The position numbers and the translations under genes were made by a program. This document shows positions 26,553 to 39,317 of a stretch of 64,000 nt of DNA, piece after piece. The DNA is from Paraphysomonas bandaiensis (Eukaryota > Protista > Chrysophyceae), in the NCBI GenBank assembly GCA_965644295.1, contig CBFFRP010000615.1, positions 14,268 through 78,267 on the forward strand. The letters run 5' to 3'. The notes beneath the pieces were generated by a model. That model saw only the letters and a program-made list of their open reading frames with translations, did no database searches and was not told the origin of the DNA. Every line of letters begins with the position of its first letter. The first letter of the stretch is position 1.

Positions 26553-27429
26553 GGACATACGAGGCAAAATGCATTTTGCCGACATCTGGGTTTTTAGCTG
26601 TATGCGTGATTAATACGGATCATATGAATCGTACAAATCACGAGAAAGCAAATGTAATATTTCCACTTTCCTCCCTGAAACCAAGAGGCCGCCCTAATAA
26701 TTTATATATATCTGCAGTGCCTTAAATAGATTAGCGATATGCTCCATTGAAGCTATGTATACATATATCGGATTATCTATATTTTCTACAATAGAAATAG
26801 AGTACAAATCTATACGAATACCATCTGTTTAAAATGTGAACTTGAGATAGTTTTGTAGTCGGCTATGTAGATAAATACTTTGCGAGAAATGAACATATAA
26901 GGCATTACAAGCGACTATTTAAGATTATATAGTTGGAGATGATGAAGTGAATCAGTAAGAATTGTCCCATGTGTAAACATTGATATAAATCAATAACAAG
27001 TGTGAGTGTGGAAACACTTTAACGTTGATGGAACTAGTAATGTAGTAAATCATGATACAAATTCGTAATCATACATGGCGGTAATTATACTCATATTTTT
27101 CCCCATAAAAGCAATGAGCACAATAGAAGTCATTTCCAGAAAAAGAATGTAATACCATACATAACCGAGACTCAATAACGCATCATATACAATCCACCCA
27201 TACAAAGAACCTGCCTGAAACGATACACTACGCCAAGAATTAATTACAAACAATACATGAAGACGATAGGCTATAATGATGGTGCAATCTACAGTTTCCA
27301 CCCCATCAATTTGTTGACCGACGAAGGTATTGATCGTGATGTACGTCCCCATGGGCATAAAAGGCACCGAATAGCACAGCGGAAATGAAAGAAAACAATC
27401 TAGAAAAGTAATACGAGGGCTCTAGTCTA

Positions 27430-30400
27430 CTAGCAATATAACCCTCCATACAGCTCTATTCCAGAACAATATAAATGACAAGTTCCCCGCGCGTTTTGGT
27501 GCTTTTGCACCAGTTTAAATTCTCTGTACATTCCATCATCTTCTCGGCTATCTTTTCGTGAAGGGAGAGGCGTAATCAAAAAAAGGCCCTCGACAAAAGC
27601 ATTATCATATTGATGAGAAGAGTCATCCAGTGGAACTAACGGGCCAGGATGGGCATGAAGGAGAACCCATGGGAAATCCCCTGACGATCTTCCTAACAGC
27701 TCCCAATCACATATAGTGTTGGCCTAGAAAATGCAGTGGGTTAATGTAGCCACAGAATGACGATTATACATAATATTGAAATCTACAGCATTGAATGACT
27801 AGATATTGCATTATATCATCCAGTCGTGCCGCGAGTGTACCTGCGACGAACGAATGGCATATCCAGAGAGTCGTAGTGCTCGACCTTCTCCAATATCTAT
27901 GCTTACCCACTGACCAGCAGACCCCCCCCCTGCGATATACATTCACACAATAGTCGTCGTATATCACACCACACTATCTTACATCCAATACCATACTATA
28001 CTTCTTAAGGTTCAGGTATATAAAATATCACTTTCAAAGATGCACACTTCAACATGTCCTTACTTCACTACCTGTTGCATTATATCCATTAGATCCAACC
28101 GAGTAGTCTACGATTCGTGATGGATCCGATAATTTAGCATTTACTATGGAGCTCATACTAGCTCTAACAGCTCCACGACAATGAGGATTAGAGTATGCGC
28201 GAGTTCCTCCCTCAGTGCTGATGACATATAGGACTCCAGTTGAGTGGAAGGGAGCGAGTGGAGGCTCAGGAGGGGGGCAAGATATGAGACGAGGTCCAGG
28301 AGTGCGAATTACACATGACGCAGACCATGCGCTAGCTACACCTATATCACCCACATCAACTACTTGGAACATAGATACATGTATCACGTGCATATTCACA
28401 TATATACGTACATGAATGCATACCTACCATGTTTATTAACGGCCTGTACACGAAATCTGAGTAATTTCCTGCTAAGGGTAGCCATACTGGACAGCAGGCT
28501 AAAACAATGTGAAGGAACGGCTGCTGATTGGTCTGTGTTGGAGACACCCTTCTCTCCATGGGGAAAAGTAACAGGAGTAGTCCCTTCACTGAGCCCTTGT
28601 GATCTGCTGACAGATCCCACCCACCCTACTCTTTCATTGAATTTTTCCGAAATTTCCTGTGCTTCAGTTTCCCCTTGATCAGATAGTGTTTGGGATCTGT
28701 CCACGATGACTTGACCAATGGTTTCAAAGCACATAACCCCATCCTGGCTTCCAACACTTGGAATATTCTGAGTAGAGCTCGCCCCATCATCACTACGCTT
28801 CCCCAAATTATTCGGAATAACAGGTTCATTGAGGTCGCAGACAGAGCGCTGTACAACATATCGAACAATATCTGAACAGTCTTCCTCGGGCTGTCTCCAT
28901 GATACTATTACACACATGGTATCCTTATCATCATCTTTATTTTTAGCCTTGGGTCTCTTGGAAGGTATCGTGGACGGTGCGTCTCTGTTTCTTTGGCGCT
29001 CAAGGGATGACAGCCCACAGAAAACATCAGTCGGGGCACAAGGCGATCCTACATGCCCATACGATTCGATGGCCAAAAGTAGACCGTCGGATAGAATCAC
29101 AGGCACTTCAAGAGGAGGTGAACAGCTTGGAGGTAGGGGTGACAGTAACAACGCTTCTAAGGAAGAAAAGACGGAGGGGTATTGCATGCACAACTCATTG
29201 TTGCTAAGCAAGGACAAGGTCTCTGCCGATGACAGTATTCTCCGAGCCTAATACACACCTGAATGTCAGCACATATTCACATTCACGTAAAGACACACAT
29301 TTAACACAGATACTCGCTTGTTGTGCTTGGTTCATAATACCTGATTGGCCATATCTACTAAACGCTGTTGGTAACACATTTGAGTGGAAACTCTTGAGAG
29401 CTCATCTTCCTCAATTGACAACATCAGTTGCTCTTCTCTTCTGTCCAAGGCCTCCCGTAGTGCAACGAATCGACTCTGTACCAGCTTCTTAGCAGCATAA
29501 GAAGGGTCCCTTGTAGGCAATGAGGTTACTGATAGAGCTGAATCCACTGCCAACAAAAGACTTTCAGCTTGCTGAAGTAAACTTTTCGAGCGCTGCAACA
29601 TTAGTCATCAGGAGTGCAGTAAACATCAAGTTGACTTCACAGGTACACATTGCCATATGACGCTGTATGCACTGTATATATGCCACATATCTGTATAAAG
29701 CATTGAGCGCACACCTCTCGCAATGATGTGGCCACATGCATCACTAACTCCACCCTATGGCCAGAATGTTCCCCCAGAGTTGCACATTCTCTGCAGATAA
29801 GAACGAAGCAATCTCTGCATATGAGTTTCGACATTTCCCCTGGATGTTCGGTACATAATACCTGCCCAAGCAAATTGAGTGAGTTTAGCTGAATCAGACT
29901 CCATACCTCCTCGTTGATTGGTATACCAGCCTTCTCGGTCGCATGAGATTCCGAAGATCCCTTGTAGGCTCGATAGTGTTTATCCATGACTTCACTCTTA
30001 TGTATAGCGGAATCACATAACGAGCACATCGATGCCACACAATTAACACAGTACACTTGTGCCTCCCGCGACACACACACCTGTCATGATCATGCTATAA
30101 ATCTCTAATTATAGCGTAACAGATGCTAGCTAAAAGTAACACAACTACCCACCTGGCAGTCCCCCCCACGATTTCCCAGTCCCTGTCTCTGCTCCGTTTG
30201 CTCCCCATCTCTGTCTCTATGTCGGTTGGCCTCTATAACGTGAATCATCTCATAGTTTTTTACAAGAGGAGCGGGAGAATGAGTGAAGCAAGACGGACAT
30301 CGCACATGTTTCCTAGAGGGAGACACAGTGGAGCTGCAAGGCTCAGCCAGACGGTCACTGCATGAGAGGCATATCGAATGACCGCATAGGAAGAGGACGG

Positions 30401-30733
30401 GAGTATATCTACAGCAGGTAATCAAAGTCACGAAATAGATACCTATACACCAACACACAAATATACTCATCAACTCTCTCATTACACAACACCATACACT
30501 CAATACTAACGCACATTGATAACAATATACCATAAAACCATTCCACACTACATACACACAGGACACTGTATACAGTCTAGGGTGGCACATATATGGTATG
30601 CTCCTATATACGGGGTGGTGTTCTACCTTCCATCTGGTTTGTAGGGGGAATAACAAACGAGACAATCTCCCCCTCGAAAGGGCATTGAGTGGGAACCACT
30701 ACCGGATCCTCTGCTCTCGGATTCATCAGTCAT
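27430..30733 (-). CDS. TRIM/RBCC-like E3 ligase: RING, B-box1, B-box2, coiled coil, FN3-like, C-terminal discoidin/F5-8-like domain
   Basis: RING: CLVC..|..CGHSICLSC..CPSC. B-box1: CQ|VC..CVNC..CSLCD..IH..H. B-box2: CTEH..CRDC..CREC..H..H. Coiled coil: RFVALREALDRREEQL. FN3-like: VSWRQP..RYVVQ..RFRVQAVNKHG. C-terminus: GVLYVIST..YSNP ... DWELLG ... YREFKLVQ ... LYCSGIELYG. Confidence 0.82.
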
Positions 30734-30798
30734 CGGTGGAGGTTCGAGAAGTAATTGATGCGACCGACAGAAGCAATGACAATATAGCAATATCCTAG

Positions 30799-30799
<1 letters not shown>

Positions 30800-30829
<30 letters not shown>

Positions 30830-32410
30830 TGTATGTATGTATGTATGTATGTATGTATGTATGTATGTATGTATGTATGTATGTATGTATGTATGTATGT
30901 ATGTATGTATGTATGTATGTATGTATGTATGTATGTATGTATGTATGTATGTATGTATGTATGTATGTATGTATGTATGTATGTATGTATGTATGTATGT
31001 ATGTATGTATGTATGTATGTATGTATGTATGTATGTATGTATGTATGTATGTATGTATGTATGTATGTATGTATGTATGTATGTATGTATGTATGTATGT
31101 ATGTATGTATGTATGTATGTATGTATGTATGTATGTATGTATGTATGTATGTATGTATGTATGTATGTATGTATGTATGTATGTATGTATGTATGTATGT
31201 ATGTATGTATGTATGTATGTATGTATGTATGTATGTATGTATGTATGTATGTATGTATGTATGTATGTATGTATGTATGTATGTATGTATGTATGTATGT
31301 ATGTATGTATGTATGTATGTATGTATGTATGTATGTATGTATGTATGTATGTATGTATGTATGTATGTATGTATGTATGTATGTATGTATGTATGTATGT
31401 ATGTATGTATGTATGTATGTATGTATGTATGTATGTATGTATGTATGTATGTATGTATGTATGTATGTATGTATGTATGTATGTATGTATGTATGTATGT
31501 ATGTATGTGTATGTATGTATGTATGTATGTATGTATGTATGTATGTATGTATGTATGTATGTATGTATGTATGTATGTATGTATGTATGTATGTATGTAT
31601 GTATGTATGTATGTATGTATGTATGTATGTATGTATGTATGTATGTATGTATGTATGTATGTATGTATGTATGTATGTATGTATGTATGTATGTATGTAT
31701 GTATGTATGTATGTATGTATGTATGTATGTATGTATGTATGTATGTATGTATGTATGTATGTATGTATGTATGTATGTATGTATGTATGTATGTATGTAT
31801 GTATGTATGTATGTATGTATGTATGTATGTATGTATGTATGTATGTATGTATGTATGTATGTATGTATGTATGTATGTATGTATGTATGTATGTATGTAT
31901 GTATGTATGTATGTATGTATGTATGTATGTATGTATGTATGTATGTATGTATGTATGTATGTATGTATGTATGTATGTATGTATGTATGTATGTATGTAT
32001 GTATGTATGTATGTATGTATGTATGTATGTATGTATGTATGTATGTATGTATGTATGTATGTATGTATGTATGTATGTATGTATGTATGTATGTATGTAT
32101 GTATGTATGTATGTATGTATGTATGTATGTATGTATGTATGTATGTATGTATGTATGTATGTATGTATGTATGTATGTATGTATGTATGTATGTATGTAT
32201 GTATGTATGTATGTATGTATGTATGTATGTATGTATGTATGTATGTATGTATGTATGTATGTATGTATGTATGTATGTATGTATGTATGTATGTATGTGT
32301 GTATGTATGTATGTATGTATGTATGTATGTATGTATGTATGTATGTATGTATGTATGTATGTATGTATGTATGTATGTATGTATGTATGTATGTATGTAT
32401 GTATGTATGT
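30800..32410. repeat. (TATG)n microsatellite, ~400 units, nearly perfect
   Basis: Directly visible, with only two interruptions (~31507, ~32299). Confidence 0.98.
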
Positions 32411-32472
32411 GGTTCATTATATTTATATAGCTCATCGACCCATCCATACATTCATATCCGCCTGTCATAATC

Positions 32473-34276
32473 ATGCCACTCCGTTTACGTTTGTATCTCT
32501 CTCTTCCCTCTATACCATCACGATGTATGTCTAATAAGAGATCACTGAGGAGGGGTCAGTTAACGGATGACATGGAGGCTCTGCTGCGTGCGGGGGGTCG
32601 AGCCAATCGAGAGAGATCAGACAGTGTGACTCCTCAAATGCTTCAGGAGAGAATCAACCATAAGAAATTAATTGAAGCATATAGAGTAAACTCTTCTTTA
32701 GCAGTGTCCCTTAAAGATATGGGCTTTGGGTCCAAGAGACGTGTCCATCAAGTGTACAACAAGATCCCTTTAACGGCTGACAATTTCTATAGTAAGACTG
32801 CGCCAAAGACACCGACTGGAGCGGGAGGGCACGGGATGCTCTTGGCATCGGCTACGAAGCACTGGCCGGTGTTTCCTCATATGCTTCCTGAGGTTGCCTT
32901 TGCAGGCCACTCTAATAGCGGCAAGGTGCTCCCTTGCATCCTATTGCATTGCTGTGTTGTATTGTCATGCTATATACTGTAGTATTGTTGTATGTATCTT
33001 TATAATCGGGTTGGGATATATGTGCAGAGTACTCTGGTAAATGCGATGGTTGGAGTCAGTCCAAAGTCCGGTCCGGCTGGAGTGAGCGAGAGGGCGGGAT
33101 GGACGGATAAGCTGTGTTTCTTTCAGGTCGCTCTGTTAATTATTCAAACCTCTGTATTTAATATTGTCGACATATTTTTAGCTGGGACGTAAGCCCCCCG
33201 TGGTGACCCTAGTGGATCTGCCCGGGTATGGACACGCAGTGGCCCCCCAGTCCATGCTTAATGCGTGGTCAAAGATGACCAAAAACTACCTCTCATCGAG
33301 ATTAATATTGTCAAGGTATGACTTTTAGTACGAATCGTTGTGTATATATGGGTGCGGTACGAATGCAGCGTATGAGTATGTGCGTTTAGTCTACAAGTAT
33401 AAGAGTCTTATAGTAGCATACGGCATAGTGTGTATATTGACAGTTGCCTATCAGGTGCTACGTTCTCGTGGATTGTCAGCGGGGTCTATGTAGGGCAGAT
33501 AAGAATATCCTCAGATTCATGCAAAAGGTTACCCTTTTTATTTCTGTTCCATATTTTTTAACTTTTGATGTCTAACAGAACAAAGTCCCATGGAAGGTAA
33601 GATACAGTATAACCTTTTGTAGAAAATTACAGTGTATTCAGTGTGTGTTGTTATCGACATAATTGTGTGCATGGCTGAATCATGTAAAGATATGAATTTG
33701 TAGATCATTCTCACTAAATGTGATTTACTGCCGGCTGAAGAGGTTGCAGCTTCAATGAGTATCGTATATAATGAAGCAATGAATATTCGTTCTCCCTCGG
33801 CGGCGCGTGTCCATAAAAAGATGGAAAAGAAGGCAATGAATGACGAAATATCTAGCGACGAAGACAGTGACTCTGAGGCATCGTTGGACGAAGCTTCTGA
33901 AGAAGGTGACCCACTTTTGGATATAACAGATGTCGCGGCTGTGAGGCATGTTGTAATACCTGTGGCTGCCAGTACTGGAGCAGGTGTATCTGGCCTATGG
34001 GCAGACATAAAGTCATGTGTGCGGGCTGTGACCAACACTAACACACATCATGATAGTGGTACGGATACTCCAAGGAGCTCTTCAGATGATAGCCAAGGGC
34101 CGTTTGTGTATATGAAAGGACCTGGCTCGGAGAAGTCGCAGCAAAGCCCAGTACAGGATATGATGGTGAGAGAGCACCCCTTGGCGAACGCGCAAAGAAG
34201 GCGCTTGGCCTCTGCCAATAAAGAGCTACGTGCAAGTTCCTCGTTTACTATAGTTAAACAGAAATCCCCTCGATAG
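32473..34276 (+). CDS. EngB/YihA/YsxC-family GTPase (GTPBP8-like), probably organelle-targeted, multi-exon
   Basis: G1 LPEVAFAGHSNSGK|STLVNA, G2 GWT, G3 LVDLPGYG, CYVLVD, G4 ILTKCD, G5 IPVAASTGAGV. The N-terminus is Arg/Ser/Leu-rich, like a transit peptide. Confidence 0.9.
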
Positions 34277-34532
34277 ATGGATTCCGCTTTCTAGGGGGTA
34301 GTGCAATAGAATAGATTGTTGATAGTATTTGTGGATAAATTAAGGCTATATACATTTTTCGATACGTCAGAATCTACGGGTGGAATACTGTGCTAGGATT
34401 CATTCAGTGGATAGTACTGAGTCAAAGGTTGTGCTGAGTTGTAGATGCTCGCAATAAACATGTTGTCTCACTGGTAGAAGTCTGAACAAGAAGAACGAAA
34501 CATTACGCTACGATATCGTGAGAATGACATGG

Positions 34533-34688
34533 GTGTTGAATTTTGCTGTTTGTGAGCAAATTAAAAAACTGTAGTTTCTAAGATATTTGAATTATAACCG
34601 TTACTCAAAGAACACAGTTGTAGCTGACCGTATTATTGAGAACCAATGATATGATAGCTATTGCTGTACTGAAACTGAAATATATTGA
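34533..34688 (+). repeat. Dispersed repeat, diverged copy of 9605-9770
   Basis: Same conserved blocks in the same order as 9605-9770. Confidence 0.7.
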
Positions 34689-35799
34689 CTGTACAAGATA
34701 GTGACTGCGTAAGAGCGTACTAGAAATGGTAGGTGTAGTAGAGATAATGAGATACTCTAGAATCTCTAAGTCTACTTCATTCAGACCAAAAGCAATGCCT
34801 ATAGCTCTTATCTGCTCTTCACTAGCACTGGCTATTGAAGGATCAAGGATCAACTCCTCCTAACATTAATCTTTGGGTCGTTCTTACTGACTCCAAAATA
34901 GAAGGCTCTTGTACTCTATCCAGTACCTCCTCAACCATATAGTAATCAACGATAGAAAAGTAAATAAATAACATGAATATGTCTACAACTACAATACTAT
35001 CTACAAGAAACTACCAGAGAAAAGAAATTGTATCTTATTTTCAATGATTCATATGTATCTATCTACGATTCCGTGATCAATGGAATGAACATTATTCATA
35101 TTCAATACCAAACACATCAGTCTAACACAGTTGATCATGATAACTCATTATCACTGTATAAGGGAAGATACATTCAGTATTTTCATTGTAGTTGAAACCT
35201 TGTATACATACTTGCAAGCACAATCAATCCTCAATAAGCAATGAAAGAAATACGTAAAGTATAACTGTCTTATGGATAATCTGGCAATACACGTCTATTA
35301 TCAGCGTGGATATCAAACCCGGAATTCCCCAGTAAACTTCTCCAGCCTTAAGCATCAATATATATATAATAAGATCATATACATATATATCATATATATA
35401 TATCATCAATCGTTATCTTCATCATTATGTTTCATTATTGATAATCCTGTCTTTCTTTGTCTTTTGAATGTGGTTATATATAAGTATCAATGATAAGCGG
35501 GAATTGTCATATATTGTCATAATATATCATCTATCTTACTGTGAAATATGGCAATAATAATATTCAACCTATGTTGTACAGATAGTATGTACAAACTTAA
35601 GCATATAATATACAATAGAGAGCTTATATATAGCGTAGAGAATAACCTGATAACTGGTTATTACGATAAATCGAGTTGGTGAATGACAATGAATGATGAA
35701 TGATATCTCTTATAAAATATAATATAATTTTCTGCTTGAAGTGTTTATCTAAGCTTTTTGTTACTAAAAGTTCAACTACTATTTATGTCGTTATCTAAC

Positions 35800-36025
35800 A
35801 TGGTAGCAGATGGAGGTTCGGATTGGAAGCAACTTCTTAATTTTGACCAGCTTAGTGAAATCAACTGGTCAAAGAAGCTGAGAGTATGGCTGATGAGGAA
35901 GAACCGAGGAGCGCCCAGTGAGACCAGCAGCCAATATGCGCCGGTAGCTGTTCGAAATAAGTATAAAGAGGATCTGGACAAGTGGCTGGACACATGCATC
36001 AGCTCGATATTCGAAGCACTGCAAC
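35800..36025 (+). pseudogene. Coding-like fragment, possibly the N-terminus of an LTR-retrotransposon gag, truncated by a hAT-type end
   Basis: MVADGGSDWKQLLNF...NWSKKLRVWLMRKN...DKWLDTCISSIFEAL loosely resembles copia gag starts. It is followed by hAT subterminal ATATTGCAATA sequence at 36028-36130. Confidence 0.3.
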
Positions 36026-36227
36026 CAATATATTGCAATACTACTGTAAGAAGGTAGCGTTCCATCAACAATAGTGCAGTACTCTCTTAACCGACCCAAC
36101 AATATTATTGAATATCACAGTATATTGGTTATTGGTTCCTAACCCTGCTACTTCCATAAAAATAATCAGTGGTAAGTACCATTATCCAGTAATGTCCATG
36201 AGAAACAGAAGTTTGTGACAATTAAAG

Positions 36228-36992
36228 CAGGGCTAGGAAACAATATATTGAGTTGCAATACATTATATACAATATATTGCAATATATTGTAAAATATATT
36301 GATTGGTCGACCGGCCAAAAATCCCATCAATATTGTTTCTGTTAAAGTAGCTCACAATATATTGCAATCAATATATTATGATAGTCATAAAAGTGAAGAT
36401 TCTCAACTGTAGGGTGCAAAAATGGATATAAATAACCGAGAAATTGATTACAACATTACAGAGGATGATGAAGCTGATGTTGACTATGCAACTAAAAATC
36501 TTCAGTCAGCTCAAAAAATTAAGAAACGTACACGTTCACGAGTCATTAACGGTTACCAGGCCGTGGTATGTACTTCCAATACATGGGAACGTCTGTTTAG
36601 CGCAGCTAAACATATTATATCAGTGTTGCGCAGAAGTATCCATCCTACTTAATATGCTGTTGTTTCTGAAAGCTATATTATGGCCGGATACTAGCATATT
36701 TCAATTAATTCTGTGGATGAATATGTTGATGTTGACGTCACCGATGATGGCTCACAGGATGAGGATTTTTAGTCGGTATAAGCAGCAGTTGGTTTGGTTG
36801 TCATGTGATCTCAATACCTAATACTAAAAATGGAATCTACGGATGTGTTTGCTTACTGATTAGTCATCATATATTGCAATACATTGACAATATATTGTAA
36901 TTGTATTGTTGGGCCTGTTTAAAATCTCCATCAATACTATTGATGGAACGCTCTCTAACAATAGTATTGCAATATATTGTTTCCTAGCCCTG
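36228..36992 (+). mobile_element. Non-autonomous hAT transposon (765 bp, internally deleted)
   Basis: 23-bp perfect TIRs CAGGGCTAGGAAACAATATATTG / CAATATATTGTTTCCTAGCCCTG, 8-bp TSD AATTAAAG/GATTAAAG (7/8) and subterminal ATATTGCAAT repeats. Contains a hAT dimerisation-domain remnant TSNTWERLFSAAKHII...RRSIHP...MLLFLKA. Confidence 0.92.
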
Positions 36993-37490
36993 GATTAAAG
37001 ATACAGAAAGGCTGTAGCAAGAATATAATAAACTGATTAAGTAATAAGTTTGATAGTTAAACACAAGCGTGCTTTTCACTTCTGTAACAACTCCCTATTC
37101 AAGCGACTCAACAGATTTTACCCATCGAGGTAAGAAACAGGCAGAACTCAAGATTCTAGTTATTAATCTGATTCATAATTCGACAGAATTCATGTGTGGT
37201 AGTATCGTAGGCGAGAAATACCTCTATTTACAACCCTTTACTCGAACTTTTTTTTATCAGAATGGAAAAAAGTAAACAGTAACTACACCACGTACAATAG
37301 CAATTATATAATCCGGGAAGGATTCCAACGTAGCTCAGAGTAAGGCATCCAGCGATTGCATTGAGCAGTCGGGTAGATACATCACGAGGCCCATAAAATC
37401 AAACTGCTTTAGCAACTGCTACATAATATATTCATCAATACGTACAATGTTATCGACATAGCATATTAATATACAGACACACTGTCTAAA

Positions 37491-39317
37491 TCAGTGGTCG
37501 TCAAATGGCATATTGTACATATCTAATATGTTTCTGAGTGTAGGGGAGTGGATATCTCGCTCTTCATTTGGTTCATCACGAGAAGTAGCAGGCGCATCTG
37601 CAATGAAATCATTGTTGCTGGTGTCCGAGCTCTTCGGGGGCTCTTGACTCGTGCCTTGAGCCGCTTTCGCTTGTTTCCGCACATGTTTCATTAGGCGGAG
37701 CTTAGCCAGACCAACCTCCCCTGTAGTTCTCATGCTAATTAGTTTCAGTACCTTCTCTTTGTCTGCTTTACTGGGAGAACGAATCATCGGCGATCTTCCG
37801 CCTCCTGAGGGATTACTTACACTTGTTGTGTCGATTCGTACGCGGTTGCGGGGGGATCGGTTTGCTGGGGATCTGCTGCCCGTTGACCTATTACTTGGAG
37901 AACGAGATCCGCTTGAACGGTCGGTGGCGCACCATTCACCGGTAGCGCAAGGAGAAATACCAGGTGTTGCAAATGGAGTCCGACTGCTACTAGGTGAATA
38001 CAGGCGAGAAGTGTCACCATCAGAGTTGAAAGTGCCCTTCGGGGTTGTGTTTGAAGGGGAGTTGAATGCAAAATACCCGCTTGAAATTGGATCATGAGCA
38101 TTGCTGGTTCCGACATGTACTGATGCAACACTCTCCTCATCGACACTAGGAAGAGATAGAAGTGTGGGTTTCAACGCTTCTTTGGACACCATCTCTCCTC
38201 TAGAAAGATATCCGACCAGCTTATTATACTCTGGCGAGTCTCCAGCCAGATAAACGTTGGGAAAACCTTTCTTCCTTCCTCTACTCTCGTCATACGCCGC
38301 AATATCGCCTAATGTGTCAGAAGGCAAAGTAGCCATTACACCCATTGCTACCTGCTTGAATTTGCTCTTGAACCCTAACTTAGGTTTCGGTTTAGGGGGA
38401 AGTGGATAATCCTCATCATCATCATCGTCCATAGTCTTGGATGCCGTCAAGTTCGGTACGATCTCACTACAAACCTCATTGTTCGTACTCTCCAAGCTGA
38501 TAACTGAGACAGTTTCACTAACATCACATGCGTTGTGGTGTCGTTTATTGCTGCTGAAATATCCTGTTGTATGACCTCGATTGGCTTCTAGTCTCTTCAC
38601 ATCTCTGCACCATCTCTTATAGTAAAAGAGTGGCGGTACTCGCATTTGCATCTTTTTGCAGACGAGAATGACATCATCCCTCTTCGGAGGAGAAGTATCT
38701 GTAGGGGCGAATAAACCGGCATATAAAACAAGTTGTCGTGCCTCTGGTATCGACAAGAAGACCCCCATATGCTCCTTAAGGTGAGCCAGTATGTTGTCAT
38801 AGTTGTGTTCTGGGGCACACGATTCGGTGTAAACCAATCGAGCGAGTATGTGTTTGGCCCGCTTGTTATCCCCTACCGCTCTCTCAACCTTCATGAGGGC
38901 TCGATAGAGTATAGCACAGTTGATAGTATTGACGCTATTGACTAACAGTAACACGTATCTCTTATGTTTCTCCTCAGGAGTCATGTGAGATATAGTAGTC
39001 GCAGTGGTCTGATAGGACACACCGCCATGAGGGCTCAGTGAGGTGTTATGAGGGCTGTCTACATGTGAGTCATGAGGGACCCGCTGATCATTAAAGGGGA
39101 CCCTCTGATCCCTCTGACACACAGACGAGGGCTGTCGACCTGTGGGGGAACGAGAGAAGGTCTGTCTACTAACAGGTGAACGACTCCGTCTCTTAAGAAG
39201 AGGGCTTGATGATGGACGACTCATACTCATACTGCATGACCTGGACCTGCTGCTGGTCCGGTCGGGTCGGGAGTAGGCGGAGTATGGTCGTGTACGGGAC
39301 GTCAATGAGGGGCTCAT
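37491..39317 (-). CDS. Hypothetical Ser/Arg/Pro-rich protein, single 608-aa ORF
   Basis: Long stop-free ORF with a promoter-like CATA/CTGTA tract upstream. The central ~130 aa look globular, but no family was recognised. Confidence 0.75.
   Translation of the reverse strand: MSPSLTSRTRPYSAYSRPDRTSSRSRSCSMSMSRPSSSPLLKRRSRSPVSRQTFSRSPTGRQPSSVCQRDQRVPFNDQRVPHDSHVDSPHNTSLSPHGGVSYQTTATTISHMTPEEKHKRYVLLLVNSVNTINCAILYRALMKVERAVGDNKRAKHILARLVYTESCAPEHNYDNILAHLKEHMGVFLSIPEARQLVLYAGLFAPTDTSPPKRDDVILVCKKMQMRVPPLFYYKRWCRDVKRLEANRGHTTGYFSSNKRHHNACDVSETVSVISLESTNNEVCSEIVPNLTASKTMDDDDDEDYPLPPKPKPKLGFKSKFKQVAMGVMATLPSDTLGDIAAYDESRGRKKGFPNVYLAGDSPEYNKLVGYLSRGEMVSKEALKPTLLSLPSVDEESVASVHVGTSNAHDPISSGYFAFNSPSNTTPKGTFNSDGDTSRLYSPSSSRTPFATPGISPCATGEWCATDRSSGSRSPSNRSTGSRSPANRSPRNRVRIDTTSVSNPSGGGRSPMIRSPSKADKEKVLKLISMRTTGEVGLAKLRLMKHVRKQAKAAQGTSQEPPKSSDTSNNDFIADAPATSRDEPNEERDIHSPTLRNILDMYNMPFDDH

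Noticed and set aside
30730-32534. YVCM/HTYI repeat ORFs of 540-580 aa
   Set aside because: These are translations of (TATG)n, which is stop-free on both strands.
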